Shown: positions 53,347 to 62,830 of the stretch, in pieces
How the letters are laid out: every line of letters begins with the position of its first letter
Numbering within the stretch: position 1 is the first letter of the stretch
Origin: a virus
Virus record (IMG/VR): IMGVR_UViG_3300042469_000981
Direction: 5' to 3' (one strand)
Length of the DNA: 64,000 nt
Translations under genes and position numbers: made by a program
The notes under the pieces: generated by a model
The model's input: only the letters and a program-made list of their open reading frames with translations
Told to the model about the DNA's origin: nothing
The model's database searches: none

Positions 53347-55716
53347 TTATAGTCCGAATCTTCCTTTGGTTGCATTATAGTTTTGAGCTATTTCGGTTGC
53401 AGATAATGCTCTGTTGTATATTCTAAAAGCAGCCATCTTATTAGGAGCTTTATCATAAGAGGGTGTTGTAACTGCAGAAAGCTGGTAAGCGTTTCCGGTC
53501 ATTAATTCAAATGTAGAAGCTATATTCATAGTACTTGCTTGTTGAACTCCGTTAACAAACATTTTTACAGTAGTGCCGTCATAAGTCATACTGTATAGTT
53601 TAAAAGTTGCTGAAGGATTTAGTAAGTCTGAAGTAATTTCTGAATAACCAGCTCCGGGATTAATAGCTATCCTAAATCTAGCAGAAGACGTGTTCCCTAC
53701 AAGGCCTATAAACGTGTTTCCACTCATTACCAAATGTGGATATCCTCCAGTTGAATTACCTGTTAATTTACAGTAGTATTCTAAAGTTACAGCACTGAGA
53801 ACTGGTTTATTACCAGTAACGGAGTCATCAATTCCATCAAAGTCGATACAACCACCGCTATCAATGTTAAAGCTAGGTCCATTAATTAAAGTACCGTTAT
53901 TAGCATTTCCGCTTAAATCAGTCCATGTTGTTCCTGTTCCGGGGTATGAATCTTTATTAGCTGAATCTAAATTAATTATTAATCCGTTTGTTACTATTTG
54001 TTGGCCTTGGAATTTGTCTTTAGTTGCTTGATAGTTTTGTTGGACTTCTGATGCTGTGAGTGCTTTACTATATATTCTAGTGTTTGCAATTTTTCCATTA
54101 AATTCATATCCTCCTGCTCCCGTAAATCTTGCAATATACAGAGGTACATTAGGTGTAGTGCCAGAAGATGTACCTGTTGTATTTTCCAGTACTCCATTTA
54201 CATAAACTTTAGCTTGGTAATTTACACTAGCATCTACTGTTACAATAACATGAAACCAGGTATTAGGAGCTATTTGAGTAGTTGAAGGTAAATTAGTGTA
54301 AATCCATCCACTTCCATCTCCAAAATGTGAGTTAAAAAAACCATTTGATATTTCAAATCTAATTCCTAAATTCACATCTAGGATTACTTTTTGAGCTGTA
54401 GTATAAACATTAGGATTTAACCACATTTCTGTACTCCAATTAGATAATGATGGGAAATTAGATGTTACAGCATAATCATCTACTCCATCAAAATTAATAA
54501 TACCACCGTTTATATTATTAAAAGTAGGTCCGTTAGTCAATGTAGCACTAGCTACACTACCTGTTAAGTTATACCATGCTGTTCCTGATTTAGGATATGA
54601 TACTAAATTATTAGCATCTACCATGAATACTAATCCATCTTGAACAATATTACTTTGGAAATAGTTTTGTTTAACTTCTGAAAGTGATAATGCTTTAGAA
54701 TATATTTTAGAATTATTTATATTACCCTGTCTATAAGAATTATAAATATCACTTCCTATATAAGCTTTGGTAGCATTAGATGCTGTATAAGTTGTAATAG
54801 CAGAATTTGATGAGGCGATAGAAGTTCCGTTAACATATAAAGTCCCTGTGTACGATGCACCATTTTTACTCCATGTACCCACAACATGGAAAAATTTTCC
54901 TGTAGCTATATTTGTTGAAGTATAAGTAGTAGAAGAATCAATTAAGTAACTTTGAACAGTGGTATCTATCTGCCAATAAAAACTACCATTTTGTAATCCG
55001 TTTCTCCATTGACCTAAAGTTATATGAGCATAATTGCCTGATGGATAGTTTATGTCATTTACAGACATTAATGTATGATAAGCATTATCATTAGTTGTTG
55101 TACTACATAACATTTCGAATGTAATATCCTGATTATTAAAGGTAGTAGGAGCTATATTAGTTATACTACACGTAACAAAATCATCAACACCATCTAAAAA
55201 AATAGTTCCTAAGGAAGAATTAAAAGTAGGACCGTTAATTAAAGAGCCGTTATTTCCAAAACCACTTGCGTCATACCAACTAGTTCCTGTTTGTGGATAT
55301 GATGTAGGTTGATTAGCATCAACATACAAAACTAACTCATCAGCATCAATCCTAGGAATAGGATTATCCGAGTTATTAATAAAGAAATTATTTGTTACAA
55401 CCCAGTTATAAGCACTACCTGTTGTAGTAAAGTTTCTAGGAGAACCCGGTAATGTATTAGCGGCATAAACAATATTTGCCGAACTGTTATTATAAGCCGG
55501 ATAAAATAAAGGTTTACCTGCCGGTCCTCTACCTAAACTAGTTGAATTACCTATAAAGATAACATTGTTTTCTGCCGGTACTTCACTCATCCAAGATAGT
55601 CCTCCAAAACCTCCTCTGTAGTTACGCTGTTGTCCATCAACAACATATGAGATACTGTTTTCTTGTATACTACCTGATACTGGTGTTCCGGGGTTATATG
55701 ATACTGGTTGTGGCAT
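53347..55716 (-). CDS. LamG/concanavalin A-like fibre protein, three modules
   Basis: Three repeats of GL..xDAxNxxSYP...W.D.SG...FDG.DD...QNY. Confidence 0.85.
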   Translation of the reverse strand: MPQPVSYNPGTPVSGSIQENSISYVVDGQQRNYRGGFGGLSWMSEVPAENNVIFIGNSTSLGRGPAGKPLFYPAYNNSSANIVYAANTLPGSPRNFTTTGSAYNWVVTNNFFINNSDNPIPRIDADELVLYVDANQPTSYPQTGTSWYDASGFGNNGSLINGPTFNSSLGTIFLDGVDDFVTCSITNIAPTTFNNQDITFEMLCSTTTNDNAYHTLMSVNDINYPSGNYAHITLGQWRNGLQNGSFYWQIDTTVQSYLIDSSTTYTSTNIATGKFFHVVGTWSKNGASYTGTLYVNGTSIASSNSAITTYTASNATKAYIGSDIYNSYRQGNINNSKIYSKALSLSEVKQNYFQSNIVQDGLVFMVDANNLVSYPKSGTAWYNLTGSVASATLTNGPTFNNINGGIINFDGVDDYAVTSNFPSLSNWSTEMWLNPNVYTTAQKVILDVNLGIRFEISNGFFNSHFGDGSGWIYTNLPSTTQIAPNTWFHVIVTVDASVNYQAKVYVNGVLENTTGTSSGTTPNVPLYIARFTGAGGYEFNGKIANTRIYSKALTASEVQQNYQATKDKFQGQQIVTNGLIINLDSANKDSYPGTGTTWTDLSGNANNGTLINGPSFNIDSGGCIDFDGIDDSVTGNKPVLSAVTLEYYCKLTGNSTGGYPHLVMSGNTFIGLVGNTSSARFRIAINPGAGYSEITSDLLNPSATFKLYSMTYDGTTVKMFVNGVQQASTMNIASTFELMTGNAYQLSAVTTPSYDKAPNKMAAFRIYNRALSATEIAQNYNATKGRFGL

Positions 55717-55722
55717 TTAGTT

Positions 55723-55974
55723 TTAGTAATATAAAGATCCAGTTATTATCCATTCTGGTTGAGAAAGAATAACTAAAGCTTCATTATAATTATAAGGACC
55801 TTGTTTGGTATTTAAAGCATTAACTGAAGAGGGTATCTCTCCAAGCCATCTGACTGTTGATAAGGATTCATTTTGAGTTTTTCTAGTAGTAGATGGTGAA
55901 ATTTCTTCTACTTGAGAATAATCAATAGTTCCTATTTCAGAAGTGTTAAATATTATATAAGTTGATTCTTCCAT
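55723..55974 (-). CDS. small fibre-associated protein
   Basis: Paralog of 58390..58671 (IFN...ID..QV.E.S..T.RK...PSSV.AL.TK...PEW). Confidence 0.7.
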   Translation of the reverse strand: MEESTYIIFNTSEIGTIDYSQVEEISPSTTRKTQNESLSTVRWLGEIPSSVNALNTKQGPYNYNEALVILSQPEWIITGSLYY

Positions 55975-55976
55975 AA

Positions 55977-58385
55977 TTAAACTCCATATTGAGATTTAAT
56001 AGCATTATAATTTTGAGTTACTTCTGTTGATGATAAAGTTCGATTATATAACCGACATATTCCCATCTTTCCAGCCCAAGCTGGCCTATCATCTGTGATT
56101 ACTCCTCCTCCAATATCTAATCTTCCAGAACTGTATAATGTAATATTTGGAGTTGGAGAAACAGTAACATTAACTATTAAATTATTATTTAAATAACATC
56201 TTAAATTACTTGATGAAGGATTGTAAGTTTCAACATAATGAAAATTATTTCCAAATCCTACATTGCTTGAAAAATTAGGAACCATTACATAATCATTACC
56301 AAAATAATATTTATATAAACCATCAGCTCCAACATTATAATATATACCGTTAGATTGATTGGGATTTTGTTGGCCATAAGCAAATAAATGCCAGTTATTG
56401 CCATTGTTTAGCATATTAGCTACAATCTCAATACTATAATTAGGATTTCCTGTAGGTAAGCTTGTAGTAGTATCTGTTCTAAAGAAGTAGTCAGTATCAC
56501 TATTTGTAGGATTCCAATTAAACATACCTCCACCGGGTACTTGGTTCCAATTTATTTGTGAATTACCATTAGTTCCACCGACAGGATTTTGTAACCATGC
56601 TACATTATTTCCATTTCCTGAAATATCATACCATGTTGTTCCTGTTCCTGGGTATGAATCTAAATTGTCTGCTTCTAAATTAAGTACTAATCCGTTTGTT
56701 ACTGGGCCAGCTGGTGTTTCAAATCTGTATTGTTCAGCTTGATAGTTTTGGAGGATTTCGGATGCGGAGAGTGCTTTATTGTATATTTTAGTATTGGCTA
56801 CAGTACCATCAAAATATCTTCCTGAGATATTTATTCTTCCAATATCTAATTGGACTGTAGTGTTACTATTTGTATTTGCTCCAGCACCAGAGGATACTAA
56901 AACCCCATCAACATATATTTCAGCAGTTGTTGCTCCTGTTCTTTGACATGATATATGCCTCCAGGCTCCATTATTTACAGATGTTGTAGATATTAAAAAC
57001 GCACCTCCATCCCAGCCAAAACCAACATATCTATTTGTAGGACTTAATTGAATCCATAATCCTGTACCAGCTGCATCATCATATTTAGAAACAACTCCCA
57101 TATAGTCACTTGAACTTTGATTAGAAGTTTTTATCCAACAAGAAACATTAAAGTTTCCTGTTCCAAAATCTAAACCTGTAGAACCAAAATTAACATAGTC
57201 ATCTGTACCATCAAATACAATTGAACCACCATTGTTTATGTTAAAAGTAGGTCCATTAGTTAATGCACCATTACCTACACTACCTGTTAAATTATACCAC
57301 GCTGTTCCTGATTTAGGGTATGATACTATATTATTAGCATCTACAGCAAATACTAGACCGTCTGTGACTATTGGTGCTCCAAAATAGTTTTGTTTGACTT
57401 GAGCTTCTGTTAAAGCTCTAGGATAAACTTGAGTGTTTGCTATACTTCCATTAAAGTGATATCCTGTAGTTGAACCATTATACCAACTACCAATTCTTTC
57501 ACCGTTATTATTGACTTGGATTGTGGCATTATATGTTGTTGATAAAACATTAGTACCGTTGATATACATTTTTGCAACACTACCATCATAAGTAACAATA
57601 GTGTTATACCATCTATTTGCTATAAAATAAGTTGAACTACCAACTTGGAAATCTTGCATTCCAATCCCATTAAACATAAACCTTAATTTAAAAGTAGGAT
57701 TTTCAAAAAATAAAGCATATTGAGTATTCACATATCCTTTTTCAAATAAAAATCCATTTTGTGATGCTAATGCTGGAGAAAAAGTACTACTAACTGTAAT
57801 ACTGTCACTATTTAATGCTGTGTCATTAGGGAAGTTTACATAATCATCAGTACCGTCAAAAGCAAAATATCCATTTGAATTCCATGTAGGACTATTAGTT
57901 AAAGTTCCATTTGTGCCTTTCCCACTTAAATCTCTCCAGTTAGTCCCTGTTTGTGGATATGAAGACATTTTAGAAGCATCTACATCAAATGCTAAACTAT
58001 CAGCATCTACTCCCTCAAATGGATCATTTGACTCTAAAATAAAATAACCTCTAGCATTTATTAAATCGTTTAATGCAACATTGGCATCAGAATAATTACC
58101 CGGTGAACCAGGTATACGATTAGCCGTATATAAAATAGCTGCCGAACCTGTTCCATTACAAGAATAAAACAATGGTACTGCTAGACTAGGATTACCTTCA
58201 AACCCTTGAGTATAAGTGTCTGTTACAAAAACAATTGGGGCAGCACCGTCTGCCGAAGGTACCCATTTTTTAGAAGCAAAGGTAGTATAGTCCCTATTAC
58301 CACTGTCTACAGTGTAATTAACATTACCTCCCCTGATGCTTCCTGATAAAGGACCAGAAGCATTATATGCTATAGGTCTAGACAT
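55977..58385 (-). CDS. LamG/concanavalin A-like fibre protein, three modules
   Basis: Same module pattern as 53347..55716 with a related N-terminus. Confidence 0.85.
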   Translation of the reverse strand: MSRPIAYNASGPLSGSIRGGNVNYTVDSGNRDYTTFASKKWVPSADGAAPIVFVTDTYTQGFEGNPSLAVPLFYSCNGTGSAAILYTANRIPGSPGNYSDANVALNDLINARGYFILESNDPFEGVDADSLAFDVDASKMSSYPQTGTNWRDLSGKGTNGTLTNSPTWNSNGYFAFDGTDDYVNFPNDTALNSDSITVSSTFSPALASQNGFLFEKGYVNTQYALFFENPTFKLRFMFNGIGMQDFQVGSSTYFIANRWYNTIVTYDGSVAKMYINGTNVLSTTYNATIQVNNNGERIGSWYNGSTTGYHFNGSIANTQVYPRALTEAQVKQNYFGAPIVTDGLVFAVDANNIVSYPKSGTAWYNLTGSVGNGALTNGPTFNINNGGSIVFDGTDDYVNFGSTGLDFGTGNFNVSCWIKTSNQSSSDYMGVVSKYDDAAGTGLWIQLSPTNRYVGFGWDGGAFLISTTSVNNGAWRHISCQRTGATTAEIYVDGVLVSSGAGANTNSNTTVQLDIGRINISGRYFDGTVANTKIYNKALSASEILQNYQAEQYRFETPAGPVTNGLVLNLEADNLDSYPGTGTTWYDISGNGNNVAWLQNPVGGTNGNSQINWNQVPGGGMFNWNPTNSDTDYFFRTDTTTSLPTGNPNYSIEIVANMLNNGNNWHLFAYGQQNPNQSNGIYYNVGADGLYKYYFGNDYVMVPNFSSNVGFGNNFHYVETYNPSSSNLRCYLNNNLIVNVTVSPTPNITLYSSGRLDIGGGVITDDRPAWAGKMGICRLYNRTLSSTEVTQNYNAIKSQYGV

Positions 58386-58389
58386 TTAA

Positions 58390-58671
58390 TTAAGCTGCTG
58401 AACCTGAAGGGAATGGATTAGGATCTGTCCATTCTGGAGTTGCTAAAATAGTTAAAATCTCATCGTATGTGTATTCGATTGATTTTGTAGTTAAAGCAGC
58501 AACTGATGAAGGTTGAGGCATATCGTATTTAACGAATGTTTGAGTTTTATCAACTGATTTACGAACTGTATCAATTGAGGTTTCATAGACTTGATTAAAG
58601 TCGATTAAAGGAAGTTCTGTAACGTTAAAAATTACAAAGCGTCTGTTTGCGTATTCTTCTTGTGTTGTCAT
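58390..58671 (-). CDS. small fibre-associated protein
   Basis: Paralog of 55723..55974. Confidence 0.7.
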   Translation of the reverse strand: MTTQEEYANRRFVIFNVTELPLIDFNQVYETSIDTVRKSVDKTQTFVKYDMPQPSSVAALTTKSIEYTYDEILTILATPEWTDPNPFPSGSAA

Positions 58672-58684
58672 TTTATTATTTTGT

Positions 58685-58692
58685 TATAAATA
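58685..58692 (-). promoter_or_regulatory. late-type motif TATTTATA
   Basis: 13 nt upstream of the ATG. Confidence 0.5.
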
Positions 58693-58696
58693 TTAA

Positions 58697-60181
58697 TTAT
58701 AAACCAAATCTTGCTTTTTGTGCATTGTAGTTTTGAAGAACCTCAGCAGCTGATAGACCTCTACTATAGACTCTTAAAGTAGATAAATTCCCTGGAAAGG
58801 CATAAGATGAATTTGAGCTAAACCCAGGACCATCAAAACTTGAATTTGTAGATGTTGCTGATGTTGAAGTTATTAGTTGTCCATTAATATATAATGAAGC
58901 TGTGCCTCCGGTTAGATTACCGGTGTATGATAATAAAAGTTGCCTCCAGGTACTGTCCCCAAGATTAATTGTATGAGTTAAACTTACAAATGTTCTTGTC
59001 CCATTAATAAAGTTCAAACAACGTAGTGTGTTAGGTGTATAATAAACAGCGTGACATCCTGGGGTGTCAATAGTACCTGTTCCATATTTTAGTAATTCAA
59101 CTTGTTTATTGGTTGTTTGTTTGAACCACATTTCTAAAGTGCTTCCATTATTTAAAGTTCCCCCAGCTATTGTAACAAAATCATCACTACCATCAAATGT
59201 TAAAGTACCCCCATTTTGATAAGAATTAAACCCTATTCCATTAACTAACGTTCCATTATTACTATTCCCACTTACATCATTCCACAAATATGGTGTAAAC
59301 GTTCCACTAGTGGTAAATGTATGGATTGTGTATCCGTTTAGGTATGTAATTGTACCTCCGGTTGCTGCTGGGAGACCTGGGTAACGTACTATAACTATGC
59401 CTGAGCCACCGTTACCACCACTTCCACCACCACCACCAGAGTTTCCTCCTCCGCCACCACCAGTATTGGCAGTAGCAGCAAACCCATTTACATTAATTCC
59501 ACCAGCACCATTACCTCCACCACCAAGTCCTCCTGTGCCTCCTGGTGGGTTTGGGTATGTTCCACCACCTCCACCCCCTGCGTAATAAGTAGAGGTTCCT
59601 GAAATAGAATATGCATTTCCATTCCCACCATTACCAGCTGTACTCCCATTGGCATTTTGACCAGTTTGTCCAGCTCCACCACCACCACCAGCACCACCAC
59701 TAGTAGTATTTGGGTCTCCTATACCACCGTTAAATCCTTGCCCAGCCGTTCCTAAACCGAAGATTGTACGTTCACTACTAACCCAACCTCCAGCTCCTCC
59801 TCCTGAGCCACCATTCTTTACAGGACCATAAACATAAGCTCCGGATCCATTAGCTCCTCCTCCACCTCCAATAGCAGTGAGTGAACCAAATACAGAATTA
59901 TTTCCACTTGTACTTTGACCAGCAGGAGGTCCACCAGATCCACCAGCACCAACAGTTACAGTAATAGCAGCGGCATTAGTTAATTGATAAGCACTGTTAT
60001 ATATTAAACCACCAGCACCTCCGCCACCACCAAAGTCAAATCCACCTCCACCACCACCAGCAACAACTAATACCTCAACATATGGAGGTTGTGAGCGAGT
60101 GTATGAATCCGGATCGCCTGCATCTAGGTTTAATACTAAACCATTTGTTACTATACCTTGTGGACCTTCAAATCTACTCAT
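58697..60181 (-). CDS. LamG-like module interrupted by a glycine-rich domain
   Basis: GLVLNLDAGDPDSY, then VEVLVVAGGGG...GSGIVIVRY...TIHTF, then WNDVSGN...FDGSDD...QNY. Confidence 0.8.
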   Translation of the reverse strand: MSRFEGPQGIVTNGLVLNLDAGDPDSYTRSQPPYVEVLVVAGGGGGGFDFGGGGGAGGLIYNSAYQLTNAAAITVTVGAGGSGGPPAGQSTSGNNSVFGSLTAIGGGGGANGSGAYVYGPVKNGGSGGGAGGWVSSERTIFGLGTAGQGFNGGIGDPNTTSGGAGGGGGAGQTGQNANGSTAGNGGNGNAYSISGTSTYYAGGGGGGTYPNPPGGTGGLGGGGNGAGGINVNGFAATANTGGGGGGNSGGGGGSGGNGGSGIVIVRYPGLPAATGGTITYLNGYTIHTFTTSGTFTPYLWNDVSGNSNNGTLVNGIGFNSYQNGGTLTFDGSDDFVTIAGGTLNNGSTLEMWFKQTTNKQVELLKYGTGTIDTPGCHAVYYTPNTLRCLNFINGTRTFVSLTHTINLGDSTWRQLLLSYTGNLTGGTASLYINGQLITSTSATSTNSSFDGPGFSSNSSYAFPGNLSTLRVYSRGLSAAEVLQNYNAQKARFGL

Positions 60182-61917
60182 TATTTTGTTGCGTTATAGT
60201 TTTGTAAGACTTCGTCTGCTGTTAATCCTCTGTTATATAAGTTAACACTAGCTATGTTACCATTAAAAAATCCACCAACAGCTCCCCCAACATAAGCTCC
60301 TATTTGAACAGGAACTGTTGTTGATGTTACGGCTGTATTGAAGCTTGAATTAGTTTGTTTTAATACACCATTGATATATACCTTACCATTACCTGCACCA
60401 TCTGATGTGGCAACAACATGATTCCATTGGTTATATTGTATATTTGTAAGTGCAGGATTATTTACGTAAGTCCAATTTGAATTGAACACTCCAAACCAAA
60501 TATATGGAGTTCCTGTATCATTAGCAATGTACAATTCAAAACTTCTTTCATTAGCACCATAAGTTGCTCTAGTACATATAATTTCGTAGGTTCCATTAGG
60601 TACAATATTAGCATAAAACCATGCTTCTATTGAAAAATTAGCATTAGCAAAATCATATGCTGAATTGTATGTAGTATTTATATAATCATCAGTTCCATCA
60701 AATACAATAACACCTCCATCTTTAGGACTAAACGTAGGTCCATTAGTTAAAGTACCATTAACACTTCCTGTTAAATTGTACCATGCGGTTCCTGATTTAG
60801 GATATGATACTAAATTACCAGCATCTAAAGCAAATACTAATCCACTTGTTACTATTGGACCACCGTAGTAGTTTTGAGCTACTTCTGCTGCTGTGAGTGC
60901 TTTAGGATAAACTAAAGCTTGAGCTATATCCCCAGTTAATATTTCACTAGCTGCTGAAGGAGTATAGGAACTTAAAACATGTACTCCGTTAGTTCCTCCA
61001 TTACTTCCAATATTAACTCCCGTTTGAGTTGCTACTCCATTTAAATAAGCAGTTGCTGTTGAACCATTGTAAGTCATTGTTAAATGATAAAAACGTCCTG
61101 TAGCTATAGTGCCTCCGTTGGTGTAAAGTAATCCACCCCCACCTCCATTTCTACCATACATGAAAGCATTATTACTGTAAAATCCAATCTGAGAAAGTAA
61201 TCCTCCTGTACCTAATACTGTTTGGTAAGTACCACCACCACTAGTTCTAGCTACAGCAGTTAATGTAAAAGAAGAAGTAGTATTACTTGGTAAAGTTGTG
61301 TTAACAGCTACAGCATAATCATCTGATCCGTCAAAATTAATCCATCCGTTTGAGTTATAAGTAGGCCCGTTAATTAAATTAAATCTATTATTTTGACCAC
61401 TTATATCATACCAAGTAGATCCTGTTGTAGGGTATGAAATAATTTGATTACCATGAATATATAACCCTAAATTATCAGCATCAATTTGCTCATAATAATC
61501 AGGCCCAACAGCAAAATAATTACTAGAAGAGGCAATCCAATTCAACGCTTGTGAACCAGAGTTAAATGGAGTTTGACCTATTCTATCCGGTAAACCATTT
61601 ACAATTGTTATAACATCTAAAGAAGATGTACCTACTGTTACCCAAAACACAGGAGCTGAATATTCATCTACTGCAGGTAAACCGCCTTCAACATAAGCAC
61701 CTCCCGCGTTTGAGCGAGATACATAGTAGTTAGCTGTATAATTATCTGAAATAATTGTATAGAATTGTCCGTTATTTGGAATATCGGAATACCAATTAGT
61801 ACTGTTGTAGTTTTGCCCGTAATTTTTTCCGGCAGTTTCTACCCCGTAACTAACTCTGGATGTCTGTAAGCTTCCTGAAATTGGGGATAGGTCATTAACA
61901 GCTACTGGGTTTGGCAT
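60181..61917 (-). CDS. LamG/concanavalin A-like fibre protein, two modules
   Basis: Related N-terminus plus two modules; ends QNYNATK. Confidence 0.85.
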   Translation of the reverse strand: MPNPVAVNDLSPISGSLQTSRVSYGVETAGKNYGQNYNSTNWYSDIPNNGQFYTIISDNYTANYYVSRSNAGGAYVEGGLPAVDEYSAPVFWVTVGTSSLDVITIVNGLPDRIGQTPFNSGSQALNWIASSSNYFAVGPDYYEQIDADNLGLYIHGNQIISYPTTGSTWYDISGQNNRFNLINGPTYNSNGWINFDGSDDYAVAVNTTLPSNTTSSFTLTAVARTSGGGTYQTVLGTGGLLSQIGFYSNNAFMYGRNGGGGGLLYTNGGTIATGRFYHLTMTYNGSTATAYLNGVATQTGVNIGSNGGTNGVHVLSSYTPSAASEILTGDIAQALVYPKALTAAEVAQNYYGGPIVTSGLVFALDAGNLVSYPKSGTAWYNLTGSVNGTLTNGPTFSPKDGGVIVFDGTDDYINTTYNSAYDFANANFSIEAWFYANIVPNGTYEIICTRATYGANERSFELYIANDTGTPYIWFGVFNSNWTYVNNPALTNIQYNQWNHVVATSDGAGNGKVYINGVLKQTNSSFNTAVTSTTVPVQIGAYVGGAVGGFFNGNIASVNLYNRGLTADEVLQNYNATK

Positions 61918-61926
61918 AGTGTATGA

Positions 61927-62310
61927 TTATAAATATGGAGAACCGGTAGGTGCTGAACCTGTAGGACATTCAAATCGTTCGCAATAATCTTTTTGGTAAA
62001 TAGGCATTGCATTACCAAATGTGGTTAACTCTGTACCAGGAAAAGGCCATACCTCACTTGAACTGAAATTAGGTAATGGTTCTTGATTCCATAAAATATC
62101 TACTGCTGATGCTGTAGACCAAAGTGAGCAAGACATAATAGGCATTCCCATAGGAGAGCTTGCGCTTACATACTGTTCACAAATTGGACCCATAACATAA
62201 ACTGTTTGGGTATATTGCCAAGTTGTTTCACCACCAGGTGTTGTAATGCTTTGTGTTATCTCATTTAATAGAGATAAATCATTCATTAAATATTTTCTGT
62301 ATTGATACAT
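61927..62310 (-). CDS. hypothetical protein
   Basis: Intact ORF in the fibre region. Confidence 0.6.
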   Translation of the reverse strand: MYQYRKYLMNDLSLLNEITQSITTPGGETTWQYTQTVYVMGPICEQYVSASSPMGMPIMSCSLWSTASAVDILWNQEPLPNFSSSEVWPFPGTELTTFGNAMPIYQKDYCERFECPTGSAPTGSPYL

Positions 62311-62311
62311 A

Positions 62312-62650
62312 TTAAATTGATCCAGTTGGCATACAAGGTACTTCTACCCAATTAATAATTGATTCATCCCAAACGTAACACTTACCATCATTTGGATAAG
62401 GCACAGGAGCTACCCAATCATAATTTGAGTCTAAAACCCAAGACGGGTAAGGTTGGGGACATATAAATACATTTGCTTCAGCATCGTAGGTATAACCTAT
62501 ACCCGCGTATTGTTTGCGGAATGAACCGTCTATTGATGTCTCTATCCAATTAGTAGGATCGCCTTCGGCGCCTGTATTGATAAATTCTTGAGTGGCTACT
62601 ATAACAGTAGTAACAACACTGTATTGGTTTATGTGTGCGAAGTATCCCAT
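62312..62650 (-). CDS. phage fibre-associated hypothetical protein
   Basis: YFAHI...VIVA...W.ETS...FRKQYAGIGYTYD...PQPYPSW pattern typical of small genes flanking Gly-rich fibres. Confidence 0.65.
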   Translation of the reverse strand: MGYFAHINQYSVVTTVIVATQEFINTGAEGDPTNWIETSIDGSFRKQYAGIGYTYDAEANVFICPQPYPSWVLDSNYDWVAPVPYPNDGKCYVWDESIINWVEVPCMPTGSI

Positions 62651-62829
62651 TGTGTTTTATCTTTTTCTATTTGTTCGTTTATTTCTTCCCAAGTAGGAGG
62701 TTGTGTTCCTGTAGGATCATTCCACTTGGTAAATGTTGTATTATATAATTCAAATTGAGCATGTGGACGTAATTTTTTAACTGCTACATCTACACCCCAT
62801 AACCCTAAATATTGTTCAAAAATATCCAT
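62629..62829 (-). CDS. XkdW-like small fibre chaperone
   Basis: AVKKLRPHAQF...W.DP...PPTWEEI. Confidence 0.55.
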   Translation of the reverse strand: MDIFEQYLGLWGVDVAVKKLRPHAQFELYNTTFTKWNDPTGTQPPTWEEINEQIEKDKTQWDTSHT

Positions 62830-62830
62830 A

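Noticed and set aside
15341-59585. Plus-strand ORFs in the track (15341, 15820, 17266, 18222, 21750, 26323, 27387, 31053, 32505, 39461, 41161, 45644, 46903, 50290, 52341, 59397)
   Set aside because: All are antisense shadows fully inside well-supported minus-strand genes, with no recognisable motifs
13796-59700. Short alternative-frame minus-strand ORFs (13796, 20245, 50922, 53994, 59488)
   Set aside because: Nested in conserved genes in another frame; no independent signals
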